Shown piece after piece: positions 54,201 to 63,129 of a stretch of DNA of 64,000 nucleotides. The stretch lies in contig CAMZNU010000002.1 in the NCBI GenBank assembly GCA_947313885.1, positions 4,321-68,320 on the forward strand. The letters run 5' to 3'. A program made the position numbers and the translations under genes. Below the pieces are notes generated by a model. It ran no database searches. It had not been told where the DNA came from and saw only the letters and a list, made by a program, of their open reading frames with translations. Numbering within the stretch: the stretch's first letter is position 1; every line of letters begins with the position of its first letter. This DNA is from an uncultured Clostridia bacterium (GTDB lineage: Bacteria > Bacillota > Clostridia > Lachnospirales > CAMZNU01).

Positions 54201-54741
54201 AGTGTACTCAAATACAGGCGGACAATCTTCAAAATCATCACCACGTGCATCAGTTGCAAAATTTGCAGCATCAGGTAAGAGACTTAGAAAGAAAGATTTA
54301 GGACTAATATGTATGAGTTATGGTTATGTATACGTTGCACAAGTTGCAATGGGAGCTAATCAAAATCAATTAATTAAAGCTATGGTTGAAGCGGAAAAAT
54401 ATGATGGACCATCTTTAATAATCGCGTACTCACCTTGTATTGCACACGGAATAAAAGGTGGATTATTTAACACGCAAGCACAAACTAAAAAAGCTGTTGA
54501 ATGTGGATACTGGCATTTATATAGATACAACCCATTATTAGAAGAACAAGGCAAAAATCCATTTATATTAGACTCAAAAGAGCCAAACGGAAAAATACAA
54601 GAGTTTATTAATAGTGAAGTAAGATACACATCTTTAAGATTAGCATTCCCAGATGTAGCCGAAGAGCTATTTACGGAAATGGAAAAAGATTGTAATAGAA
54701 GATATGAAAGCTATAAAAGATTGGAACAAGCAAAATGGTAA
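51208..54741 (+). CDS. nifJ: Pyruvate:ferredoxin (flavodoxin) oxidoreductase, single-polypeptide type
   Basis: 1177 aa with two ferredoxin-type motifs (CIQCNQCAYVCP, CTGCGNCVQICP) and the TPP region GGDGWAYDIGYGGLDH. Confidence 0.93.
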   Translation: MAKIIKTMDGNAAATYTSYAFTEVAGIFPITPSSQMAELADEMSANGVKNMFGQTVEVIEMQSEAGAAGTVHGSLQAGALTTTFTASQGLLLKIPNMYKIAGELLPCVIHVSARAIAGHALSIFGDHSDVMAARQTGFAMLASNSVQEVADLSAVAHLSTLKGKVPFIHFFDGFRTSHEIQKVECLEYSDFADLVDMNAVEEFRKSGLNPESPVTRGSAQNPDIFFQGKEASNKYYNELPAIVEDYMDKINKLTGRDYQLFNYYGAKDADRVIIAMGSGVEAIEETVDYLNSIGEKVGVIKVRLFRPFSLDHFVKSIPASATKIAVLDRTKEPGSLGEPLYQDVCTALVEKDLKLTVVGGRYALGSKDFTPAQVVSVFNNLKEEKPKNHFTVGIVDDVTHTSLEVGDELDLADADTKSCKFWGLGSDGTIGANKNSIKIIGDNTDLYAQAYFSYDSKKSGGITQSHLRFGKKPIRSTYLVNKADFVACHKPSYLEKYDMLKDIKENGTFLLNCSWSVEELESNLPANVKRQIANKNIKFYTLDATSIAKEIGLGNRVNTILQAGFFNLTKIIPTEDAVKYMKNAIQKSYGNKGEKIVNMNNQAVDKGITAAVQVTIPSAWATAEDVKKEASKEEKPVYVSTIVDPINALKGDDLPVSTFMDFVDGTMPNGTAAYEKRGIAVDVPEWIADKCIQCNQCAYVCPHSCIRPFIATDESLANKPKGYETIKGRGKGLENYNYRMQVDTLDCTGCGNCVQICPAKEKALVMEPMETQMKEMENWYYSLNLPVVENPINKETVKGSQFETPLFEFSGACAGCGETPYAKLLTQLFGDRMYIANATGCSSIWGASSPATPYTTNHKGQGPAWANSLFEDNAEFGLGMLAGQEKIREGVKAKVEELSTSTSDSNVKNAITNWIDTYNDGEASKLSSLTLVDTLAKAKLSGAEKVLAEKVLKDKNFLNKKSQWILGGDGWAYDIGYGGLDHVLASGRNVNVLVFDTEVYSNTGGQSSKSSPRASVAKFAASGKRLRKKDLGLICMSYGYVYVAQVAMGANQNQLIKAMVEAEKYDGPSLIIAYSPCIAHGIKGGLFNTQAQTKKAVECGYWHLYRYNPLLEEQGKNPFILDSKEPNGKIQEFINSEVRYTSLRLAFPDVAEELFTEMEKDCNRRYESYKRLEQAKW

Positions 54742-54790
54742 CAATACTACTTGTTAAGACATATTCTTAGTTAGGTAGTTATTATAACTA

Positions 54791-54826
54791 AGATAAAGCT
54801 ACGGTAGTTATTCTGTAGCTTTATCT
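54791..54826 (+). terminator. Terminator hairpin after nifJ
   Basis: agataaagctac-ggtagttattct-gtagctttatct followed by a T-rich tract. A second hairpin, cttagtta...taactaag, lies at 54766-54790. Confidence 0.65.
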
Positions 54827-54862
54827 TTATCTTTATATTTATATTTAAAGGAGGATTTAAAC

Positions 54863-56320
54863 ATGGAGCAATTAACGAACATAGTAAATTCGATTAATGG
54901 TATTGTGTGGAGTGATGCTTTAGTAGCATTATGTCTTATAACAGGACTGTACTTTTCTTTTAAGACTAATTTCTTGCAAGTTAGACACTGGAAAGAAATG
55001 TTAAGGTTGTTATTAGACAAAGAAAGTTCAAAAGAAGGTATATCATCATTTCAAGCATTATCTGTATCATTATCTGGACGTGTAGGTACAGGTAATATAG
55101 TAGGGGTTGCAGCAGCAATAGCATTTGGAGGACCAGGAGCAGTTTTTTGGATGTGGATGATAGCATTTTTAGGAGCAGGTTCAGCGTTTGTAGAATCTAC
55201 ATTAGGGCAAATTTATAAAGTTGAGCAAGATGGAGAGTATCGTGGAGGACCAGCATACTACATAGAAAAAGGTTTAAAAATGAAGTGGTATGGATTATTT
55301 TTCGCAATGTTCACTTTAATGGCGATGACATTATTTTTACCAGGGACACAAGCTAACAGTATAGCAGAAAGTTTAAATAATGCCTTTAATATACCTAAAT
55401 TATATTCTGGTATATTTTTAGTTGTATTATTAGGGTTCATAATATTTGGTGGAGTTAAGAAAATAGGTAAAACAGCAGAAATAATTGTACCTTTTATGGG
55501 GATTGCATATATTTTAGTTGCTTTAATTATTATCGTAATTAATTATAAACAAATACCAACAACATTTAGTTTAATATTCACATCAGCATTTGGAGTGAAC
55601 GAGGCACTAGGTGGTATATTAGGTTATACAATTGCATGGGGAGTTAAAAGAGGAATTTATTCTAATGAAGCAGGTCAAGGTACAGGACCACATGCAGCAG
55701 CAGCAGCAGAAGTTAGTCATCCTGTAAAACAAGGATTAGTTCAAGCGTTTTCAGTATACATAGACACTTTATTTGTTTGTACAGCTACAGCACTTATGAT
55801 TTTAACAACTAATTCATATAGCGTTTATCAAGGTGGAACTCTTGAAAGTGGATCTATATCAGGATTCGGATTTATGAACGGTGTAGGAGCAGGTACAGAA
55901 TATACTCAAGCGGCAGTAGAATCAGTATTTCCAGGATTCGGAGCAGGATTTATAGCTATATCATTATTTTTCTTTGCATTTACTACAATAATGGCATATT
56001 ACTATATGGCAGAAACTAACGTTGCATATATAACTAAAAATTCTAATATGAGTAAAAAAACATTATACTTAGTTCTTAGAGTTACATTATTAACTAGTGT
56101 GTTGATTTTTGCAGTTAACACATCAGATTTAGCATGGGGGCTAGGTGATATCGGTGTTGGAATTATGGCATGGTTAAACATAGTTGCTATTTTATTATTA
56201 TCAAAACCAGCACTTATAGCTTTAAAAGATTATGAAAAACAGAAAAAAGAAGGTAAAGACCCAACATTTGATCCTAAAGCGTTAGGAATTGAAAATGCAG
56301 ATTTTTGGGAAAATAAATAA
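54863..56320 (+). CDS. Alanine/glycine:cation symporter (AGCS family), paralog 1
   Basis: 485 aa polytopic protein with AGCS motifs SSFQALSVSLSGRVGTGNIVGVA, GGPGAVFWMW and SNEAGQGTGP. Confidence 0.88.
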   Translation: MEQLTNIVNSINGIVWSDALVALCLITGLYFSFKTNFLQVRHWKEMLRLLLDKESSKEGISSFQALSVSLSGRVGTGNIVGVAAAIAFGGPGAVFWMWMIAFLGAGSAFVESTLGQIYKVEQDGEYRGGPAYYIEKGLKMKWYGLFFAMFTLMAMTLFLPGTQANSIAESLNNAFNIPKLYSGIFLVVLLGFIIFGGVKKIGKTAEIIVPFMGIAYILVALIIIVINYKQIPTTFSLIFTSAFGVNEALGGILGYTIAWGVKRGIYSNEAGQGTGPHAAAAAEVSHPVKQGLVQAFSVYIDTLFVCTATALMILTTNSYSVYQGGTLESGSISGFGFMNGVGAGTEYTQAAVESVFPGFGAGFIAISLFFFAFTTIMAYYYMAETNVAYITKNSNMSKKTLYLVLRVTLLTSVLIFAVNTSDLAWGLGDIGVGIMAWLNIVAILLLSKPALIALKDYEKQKKEGKDPTFDPKALGIENADFWENK

Positions 56321-56340
56321 GAGAAGTTTATAGAATCATA

Positions 56341-56390
56341 AAAAGTGTATGAATAAAAAACTCAACGTGAGTTTTAATTCATACACTTTT
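56341..56390 (+). terminator. Terminator after AGCS paralog 1
   Basis: aaaagtgtatgaat...attcatacactttt with an inner aaaactca/tgagtttt extension, followed by ttt. Confidence 0.75.
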
Positions 56391-56762
56391 TTTAAAAAAA
56401 TAATTTAGATTAAAAAGCAAAGTATTTTAGTTAAAAGAGAAGATGAAATATATTTTATAATGAATTATACACTAATAAAATATAGTGTGTATTGCAATTA
56501 TCCATAAAATAAGTTAAACTATTAGCAATATGATATAAGTATTTAAAATAAAAACTGTTTAATTTAAATAATTAAGCAAAAAATAATTGTGTTATTAAGA
56601 TGTTTAAGTTAAAAAAATTAAAATGTGAAATATGGATATAATATTTATAGTGTATTTAATAATATAAAATAACAAAAATCATGCAAGAAAAAAGAAGAGT
56701 GTTATAAAGTGTGGACCTATGTAAAATAGTTTCATAATCTATATTTTTTTAAGGAGGATAAA

Positions 56763-58223
56763 GTGGAACAACTAACGAACATTGTAAATTCAATAAATGC
56801 TGTTGTATGGAGTAATATATTTGTAGGGGCTTGCCTTTTATTAGGGTTAATGTTTTCTTTTAAAACTAATTTTGTGCAAGTTCGACAATTAAAAGAAATG
56901 ATAAGGTTATTATTCGATACAAAAAGTTCTGAACAAGGCATATCATCATTTCAAGCTTTAACAGTGTCTTTATCAGGCAGGATAGGTACAAGTAACATAG
57001 TAGGCGTTGCTATAGCAATAGCCTTTGGAGGACCAGGGGCTATTTTTTGGATGTGGATGATAGCGTTTTTAGGTGCAAGCTCAACATTTATAGAGTCTAC
57101 ATTAGGTCAAATTTATAAAGTTGAGCAAAATGGACAGTATCGTGGTGGACCAGCATATTATATTGAAAAAGGTTTAAAAATGAAGTGGTATGGTTTAGTA
57201 TTTTCTATATTTACTTTAGTTGCTATGACATTGTTTTTACCAGGAATTCAGGCAAATAGTATAGTAGAAGGTTTAAACAATGCATTTAATATACCTAAGT
57301 TATATTCAGCTATAGGATTAGTTATGCTATTATCAGCGATAATATTTGGTGGAGTTAAAAAAATAGGTAGAGTCGCAGAAATAATAGTACCTTTTATGGG
57401 CATCGCATACATAATAGTAGCGTTAATTGTAATTGGCGTAAATTACAAAGAAATACCTACAACATTTAACTTAATCTTTACATCAGCATTTGGTATAAAT
57501 GAAGCATTAAGCGGGATCTTAGGCTATACAATTACATTAGGAGTTAGAAGAGGATTATACTCTAATGAAGTAGGACAAGGTTCAGTATCACACCCAGCGG
57601 CAGCGGCAGAAGTTAGTCATCCAGCTAAGCAAGGTTTAGTTCAAGCATTTTCAGTATATATAGATACTTTATTTGTTTGTACAGCGACGGCATTTATGAT
57701 TTTAACGACTAAGTCATATAGTGTTTATCAAAATGGAAATATTGACAATGGATCAATATCAGGCTTTGGTCTCATGGACGGAATAGAAGTAGGAACAAAA
57801 TATACTCAAAGTGCTGTAGAAACAGTGTTCCCAAATTTGGGTGCTGGGTTTGTAGCTGTAGCATTATTTTTCTTTGCATTTACTACAATAATGGCGTATT
57901 ACTACATGGCAGAGACCAACGTTGCATATATAAGTAAAAATTCTAATGTAAATAAAAAAATATTATATTTTACTCTTAGAATATCATTATTAGTTAGTGT
58001 TTTAATTTTCGCCATCAATGGATCAGATTTAGCATGGGGATTAGGAGATATCGGCGTTGGAGTTATGGCGTGGTTAAATACAGTAGCAATTATATTGTTA
58101 GCAAAGCCCGCGCTATTAGCACTAAAAGATTACGAGACACAAAGAAAAGAAGACAAAGAACCAACATTTGACCCGAAAGCACTAGGAATTGAAAATGCAG
58201 ATTTTTGGGAAAATAAATTATAG
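56763..58223 (+). CDS. Alanine/glycine:cation symporter (AGCS family), paralog 2
   Basis: 486 aa with a GTG start after aaggagga. It is collinear with paralog 1 over the full length, with high identity by eye. Confidence 0.88.
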   Translation: MEQLTNIVNSINAVVWSNIFVGACLLLGLMFSFKTNFVQVRQLKEMIRLLFDTKSSEQGISSFQALTVSLSGRIGTSNIVGVAIAIAFGGPGAIFWMWMIAFLGASSTFIESTLGQIYKVEQNGQYRGGPAYYIEKGLKMKWYGLVFSIFTLVAMTLFLPGIQANSIVEGLNNAFNIPKLYSAIGLVMLLSAIIFGGVKKIGRVAEIIVPFMGIAYIIVALIVIGVNYKEIPTTFNLIFTSAFGINEALSGILGYTITLGVRRGLYSNEVGQGSVSHPAAAAEVSHPAKQGLVQAFSVYIDTLFVCTATAFMILTTKSYSVYQNGNIDNGSISGFGLMDGIEVGTKYTQSAVETVFPNLGAGFVAVALFFFAFTTIMAYYYMAETNVAYISKNSNVNKKILYFTLRISLLVSVLIFAINGSDLAWGLGDIGVGVMAWLNTVAIILLAKPALLALKDYETQRKEDKEPTFDPKALGIENADFWENKL

Positions 58224-58237
58224 AAAGCAGTAACGAT

Positions 58238-58273
58238 AAAAAACCAAACTTGTATTTTAAAGTTTGGTTTTTT
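58238..58273 (+). terminator. Terminator after AGCS paralog 2
   Basis: aaaaaaccaaactt-gtatttta-aagtttggtttttt. Confidence 0.8.
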
Positions 58274-58450
58274 ATTTAGGGGAATATTTTTATTAATGAA
58301 TATGTTTATATAATAATTATAGAATATAGAAGAAAAAATAAAGCAAAATATAATAATATATCTTTGCAATTTATAGTTATATACGTTAAAATGATACTAG
58401 TGTAAATAAATAGCATACACTAGTTAACTTATAATATGCAGAGGTAATCA

Positions 58451-59893
58451 ATGAAAGAACTTTTTATAGAGACACGTGGTAATATTAGTAAATATATTTT
58501 GTTAGAAGATAAAAAGATACAAAACTTAATAGTAGAAAGTAAAGAGTTTGAGTCTTTAGTAGGAAATATATATGTAGGACGTGTTACGAACATAGTAAAT
58601 AAAAATTTTGCTTTCATAAATATCGGGTTAGATAAAAATGCTTTTTTAGATTTAAATGATAATAAAGAAAGTTTGTTGCTAAGTTATGCAGGTGATAAAA
58701 GAAAAATTTTAATAAAACAAGGCGATGCTATTTTAGTACAAGTAACAAAAGATTCATCAGGAGAAAAAGGTGTAGCTGTTACTAGTCAGTTTAATTTAAA
58801 CAGTGAAAATTTAGTAATGTACGTAAGTGAAAAAAATAATATAGGTGTTTCGAAAAAAATACACGAGGAAAGCAAACGTACTAGCTTAAGAGAGTTAGGT
58901 GAGAAATTAACTGATAATGAGTATAGTCTAGTATTTCGAACTAATAGTAAAAATTTATTAGAAAGGGATATAGTAGAGGAATATAATTCGTTAGTTAAAA
59001 AATTTAATACTATAAAAGAAAAAGGCAACTATGCTAAACCACCGTTTTTATTAATGAAAGAAGACAACAAAGTATTAAAAGTAGTAAATGAGATAATAGA
59101 AAAAAATACAGAAATAGTAGTGTTTAACGATAATGAAACATATAACAAATTAAAAGATATATTAGAGAAAAAAGATATTAAAACAAGATTGCTAAGTCTA
59201 GAAGAAAATGTAGAATATACAAACACCTTTAATAATACGTTAGAAAAATTGTTCCATAAAAAGATATGGTTAAAATCGGGCGGGCATTTAATTATAGAGG
59301 AGACGGAGGCGTGTGTTGTTATAGATGTTAATTCATCAAAAGCAGTTAACAGTAGAAATAACAACAAAACAGTTTTGAAAGTAAATATAGAAGCGTTACA
59401 AGTTGCTAGCCAGCAAATAAAACTAAGAAATTTAAGCGGTATAATTATAATAGATTTAATAGACATGAGGTATGATAGCGATAAAAAGAAGGTTTTAAAA
59501 ATGGCCAATACTATATTTAGAGAGGATAAAATTAAAACATTTGTAGTTAGTATGACAGAGCTTGGGTTATTACAGTTAACAAGAAAGAAAAAAAGAGAAT
59601 CAATAAGTAAAACTCTTAAAAAGAAATGTGTTTATTGTGATGGAGTAGGTACAAGTTTAAGTGTGGAATATGTGTGCGATAATGTTTTGCGTGAACTATT
59701 TTCATTAATAGTAAATACAACTTGTAACACGTTTGAAATTAGATGTAATGAAAAAGTAATGAAATATATAAAAAATAACAAAAAAAATTTCAATGATCTT
59801 GAAAAAAATTACGAAGTGAAAATAGATTATAAATGTATAACAACAGCAAAAATAGAATATTTTGAAATCGATAAAAATATTAAGAGGTGTTAA
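58451..59893 (+). CDS. rng: Ribonuclease E/G family protein (RNase G-like)
   Basis: 480 aa with an S1 domain (VGNIYVGRVTNIVNKNFAFINIG) and a catalytic region (VIDVNSSK ... LRNLSGIIIIDLIDM). Confidence 0.82.
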   Translation: MKELFIETRGNISKYILLEDKKIQNLIVESKEFESLVGNIYVGRVTNIVNKNFAFINIGLDKNAFLDLNDNKESLLLSYAGDKRKILIKQGDAILVQVTKDSSGEKGVAVTSQFNLNSENLVMYVSEKNNIGVSKKIHEESKRTSLRELGEKLTDNEYSLVFRTNSKNLLERDIVEEYNSLVKKFNTIKEKGNYAKPPFLLMKEDNKVLKVVNEIIEKNTEIVVFNDNETYNKLKDILEKKDIKTRLLSLEENVEYTNTFNNTLEKLFHKKIWLKSGGHLIIEETEACVVIDVNSSKAVNSRNNNKTVLKVNIEALQVASQQIKLRNLSGIIIIDLIDMRYDSDKKKVLKMANTIFREDKIKTFVVSMTELGLLQLTRKKKRESISKTLKKKCVYCDGVGTSLSVEYVCDNVLRELFSLIVNTTCNTFEIRCNEKVMKYIKNNKKNFNDLEKNYEVKIDYKCITTAKIEYFEIDKNIKRC

Positions 59894-61258
59894 ATGGCAA
59901 AGGTAAGATTTGTATATGTATGTCGAGAATGTGGATATGAAACACCAAAATGGATGGGCAAATGTCTAGATTGTGGTTCATTTAATAGTTTTACAGAAGA
60001 TGCTATAGAAGAAAAAAAAAAGGTTACAGCGCACACATTAACAAGTACAAAACCTATGCGGTTATCGGAAATAGAGATTTTAAAAAGTAATAGACTAAAA
60101 ACGGAGTTTGAGGAATTAAATAGAGTTTTAAGTGGTGGTTTAGTAGATGGATCTCTTACGTTAGTAGGTGGTGACCCAGGGATTGGAAAGTCTACATTGC
60201 TGTTACAAATATGCCAAGGTATATGTGAGGACAAAAAAGAAGTAATATATATATCAGGTGAGGAATCAGTACAGCAAATAAAACTTAGAGCGAATAGGTT
60301 AAATATAACTAGTGAAAATTTATTATTGATGGCAGAGACAGACATGAATAATATAGAAAGTGTTATAAAACGAAACAAGCCAACATTAGTAATAATAGAT
60401 TCTATACAGACTATGTATAGGGAAGATATTAATTCATCGGCGGGAAGTGTAACCCAAACAAGAGAATGTGTAACTACATTTATGAAATTAGCAAAAGGTT
60501 TAAATGTATCAATAATATTAGTAGGACACGTTACTAAAGAAGGAAATTTAGCAGGACCTAAAATGCTAGAACATATGGTAGACACAGTTATATACTTCGA
60601 AGGTGATAAAAATGCAAGTTATAGGTTAATAAGAGCGGTGAAAAACAGGTTTGGTTCTACAAATGAGATAGGAATATTTGAGATGAGAGCAGAAGGTTTA
60701 GTAGAGATTACAAACCCGTCAGAATATATGTTATCGGGAAGACCAATAGATATGCCAGGGTCAGTAATTACGTGTAGCGTAGAAGGTACAAGACCAATAT
60801 TAACGGAGGTTCAAGCGTTAGTAAGTATAACAAATTTTGGAATGCCAAGACGTACAGCAAACGGGATAGACTATAATAAAGTAGTTATGTTAATGGCAGT
60901 ATTAGAAAAAAGGGCGAGTATGCAACTTAGTAACTATGATGCATATGTAAATTTAGCAGGTGGCATGAAAATAGTAGAGCCGTCGTTAGATGTAGCGATA
61001 ATATCGGCAATAGCATCAAGTTATAAAAATATAGCAATAGATCCGTATACGATGGTATTAGGAGAAGTTGGTTTAACAGGAGAAATAAGAGCCGTAACAA
61101 ATGTAGAAAAAAGAGTTAAGGAAGGAAAAAAATTGGGATTTAAGCAATGTATAATTCCACAAGCAAATTTAAAAGGGTTAGAAAATCTAGGTAGTATGAA
61201 AGTGTACGGAGTTAGTAATATAGGAGAATTAATACAACTATTATTTAAAGGAAAGTGA
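59894..61258 (+). CDS. radA: DNA repair protein RadA/Sms
   Basis: 454 aa with a Zn ribbon (CRECGYETPKWMGKCLDCGSFNSF), Walker A GDPGIGKST, KNRFG and a Lon-like C-domain. Confidence 0.93.
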   Translation: MAKVRFVYVCRECGYETPKWMGKCLDCGSFNSFTEDAIEEKKKVTAHTLTSTKPMRLSEIEILKSNRLKTEFEELNRVLSGGLVDGSLTLVGGDPGIGKSTLLLQICQGICEDKKEVIYISGEESVQQIKLRANRLNITSENLLLMAETDMNNIESVIKRNKPTLVIIDSIQTMYREDINSSAGSVTQTRECVTTFMKLAKGLNVSIILVGHVTKEGNLAGPKMLEHMVDTVIYFEGDKNASYRLIRAVKNRFGSTNEIGIFEMRAEGLVEITNPSEYMLSGRPIDMPGSVITCSVEGTRPILTEVQALVSITNFGMPRRTANGIDYNKVVMLMAVLEKRASMQLSNYDAYVNLAGGMKIVEPSLDVAIISAIASSYKNIAIDPYTMVLGEVGLTGEIRAVTNVEKRVKEGKKLGFKQCIIPQANLKGLENLGSMKVYGVSNIGELIQLLFKGK

Positions 61259-61268
61259 TGGTGAAAAT

Positions 61269-62582
61269 ATGAATAGTTTAAAAATTATAAGAAATTATCT
61301 AGCAATAGTTATGGGATTTGTAATAGTATCATCGGGAGGAATGTTTTTAGGGATTAGAGCTTATGAAATGTTGTACGTTGAGGAAAGTACAGGACCATCA
61401 AATAATTTTTATGAAAAAGAAGATGACGATAAAAAAATTGAAGATGAAGATGAAGAAAAAAGCGGATTTTTAAAAGCACCGAAGAAAACAAACTTTGTAC
61501 TATTAGGAGTAGATGAAAATGAATATTTAACAGATGTAATAATGGTAGGTAGTTTTGATAGGGATTCGCAAGTAATAGATATAATATCAATACCGCGTGA
61601 TACATATACAGAGTTTAGTAGTGAAGAAAAAGCAAAGTTAAACAAAATAGGTATTTATCCGCCAGACATGATGAAATATAATGCAGTACATAGTTATACA
61701 AAAGATGCATTAGGTACAGAGTTTATGATTGAGCATATAACAGATAACTTTGGTATTAAAATTGATTACTATGCAAAAGTTAATTTAAAAGGATTTAGAG
61801 ATATAGTAGATGCTATAGGCGGAGTGGAGTTTGACGTACCAGTGGACATGGTATATAGTGATCCTTTGCAAAATTTATATATAAATGTGCCAAAAGGCAA
61901 ACGAGTGTTAACAGGGAAAGAGGCAGAGGGAGTAGTGAGATATAGATCGGGGTATGTAGGTGGAGATTTAAAGAGGTTAGAAGTGCAACAAGATTTTATG
62001 GTAGCAATGTTTAAAAAACTTTTATCTTTTGAAACTATAATAACAAAACCTATGGAAATATTAAGAATAATTATATCTAATGTAGAAACTAACTTTAAGT
62101 TAACAGATGCACCTAAGTATGTGGAGTATTTACCAAAGTTAAGTTTAGATAAATTTAATACCCATACGATGCCAATAGATGAAGATAAATTAACACAGTC
62201 AACATATGTTATACCTGATAAGGATAAGTTAACAAAATTAGTTAATGAAATATTTTATGGTGACAGACTTTTTACAATTGAAGGCAAGGATGCGGTGTAT
62301 AATAAAGAGATAGAAGTCTTAAACGGTTCAAAGATAAACGGCTTAGCAGGTAAAACGAAAGAAAAATTAACAGAGTTAGGGTTTAATGTAACTAGTTATG
62401 GGACGTACCAAGATGATGGTGAAGGATTTATGAATGAGACGAGAATAAAAGTAAAAGCAGGAATAAATATAGAGGAGTTAGAGAAACATTTTGAAAATCC
62501 GAGTGTTGAATATACGTTAAAGAAAAGTGATTTATATGATATACAAATAATAATAGGTTTAGATGGTAAAGTTATAGAATAA
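61269..62582 (+). CDS. LytR-CpsA-Psr (LCP) family cell-envelope phosphotransferase
   Basis: 437 aa with an N-terminal TM segment, an acidic linker, the LCP core (NFVLLGVD...TDVIMVGSFD...IISIPRDTY...VNLKGFRDIVDAIGGV) and a LytR_C-like tail. Confidence 0.82.
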   Translation: MNSLKIIRNYLAIVMGFVIVSSGGMFLGIRAYEMLYVEESTGPSNNFYEKEDDDKKIEDEDEEKSGFLKAPKKTNFVLLGVDENEYLTDVIMVGSFDRDSQVIDIISIPRDTYTEFSSEEKAKLNKIGIYPPDMMKYNAVHSYTKDALGTEFMIEHITDNFGIKIDYYAKVNLKGFRDIVDAIGGVEFDVPVDMVYSDPLQNLYINVPKGKRVLTGKEAEGVVRYRSGYVGGDLKRLEVQQDFMVAMFKKLLSFETIITKPMEILRIIISNVETNFKLTDAPKYVEYLPKLSLDKFNTHTMPIDEDKLTQSTYVIPDKDKLTKLVNEIFYGDRLFTIEGKDAVYNKEIEVLNGSKINGLAGKTKEKLTELGFNVTSYGTYQDDGEGFMNETRIKVKAGINIEELEKHFENPSVEYTLKKSDLYDIQIIIGLDGKVIE

Positions 62583-62587
62583 AATAC

Positions 62588-62616
62588 TTGTAATTATATA
62601 AAAAAGAATGTATAAT
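62588..62616 (+). promoter_or_regulatory. Candidate sigma-A promoter for rplS
   Basis: ttgtaa (62588-62593), a 17-nt spacer, then tataat (62611-62616). It would produce a leader of about 75 nt. Confidence 0.5.
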
Positions 62617-62696
62617 ACTGTGTGTATAAGAAATGTTCCGCTGTTATTACATAGTGTATTGGATAAGAACATTTTATAGATAAAAAGGAGAAAGAT

Positions 62697-63053
62697 ATGA
62701 ACGCAACAATAATAAGAGAAATTGAGAAAGAACAATTAAGAAGTGATATTACAGATTTCAACGTAGGTGATACAGTACGTGTATATGCTAAAATCGTTGA
62801 AGGAACAAGAGAAAGAGTTCAAATGTTTGAAGGTGTAGTACTTAAGAAACAAAACGGAAGCTTAAGAGAAAACTTTACAGTTAGAAAAATCGCAAGTGGT
62901 GTAGGGGTTGAAAAAACTTGGTTAATGCATTCACCAAGATTAGAAAAAATTGAAGTTGTACGACGCGGTATAGTAAGAAGGGCAAAATTATACTACTTAA
63001 GAGATAGAGTAGGAAAAGCGGCTAAAGTTAAAGAAGATATAAGAAATAGATAA
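62697..63053 (+). CDS. rplS: 50S ribosomal protein L19
   Basis: 118 aa with [18 protein letters not shown] and RRAKLYYLR. Confidence 0.95.
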   Translation: MNATIIREIEKEQLRSDITDFNVGDTVRVYAKIVEGTRERVQMFEGVVLKKQNGSLRENFTVRKIASGVGVEKTWLMHSPRLEKIEVVRRGIVRRAKLYYLRDRVGKAAKVKEDIRNR

Positions 63054-63063
63054 TAAAAAAATA

Positions 63064-63093
63064 AAAAAAAAAACCACTTAGGTGGTTTTTTTT
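63064..63093 (+). terminator. Terminator after rplS
   Basis: aaaaaaaaccac-ttag-gtggtttttttt. Confidence 0.8.
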
Positions 63094-63129
63094 ATATTAT
63101 AAAAATATGAGAAAAATTAGGAGGGAAAA

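Noticed and set aside
56391-56762. I looked for a glycine riboswitch or T-box in front of the AGCS symporter genes, since glycine riboswitches often precede such transporters.
   Set aside because: The region is almost pure A/T. It has none of the GC-containing conserved cores (such as GGAGAG...CACCG) and no convincing stem architecture.
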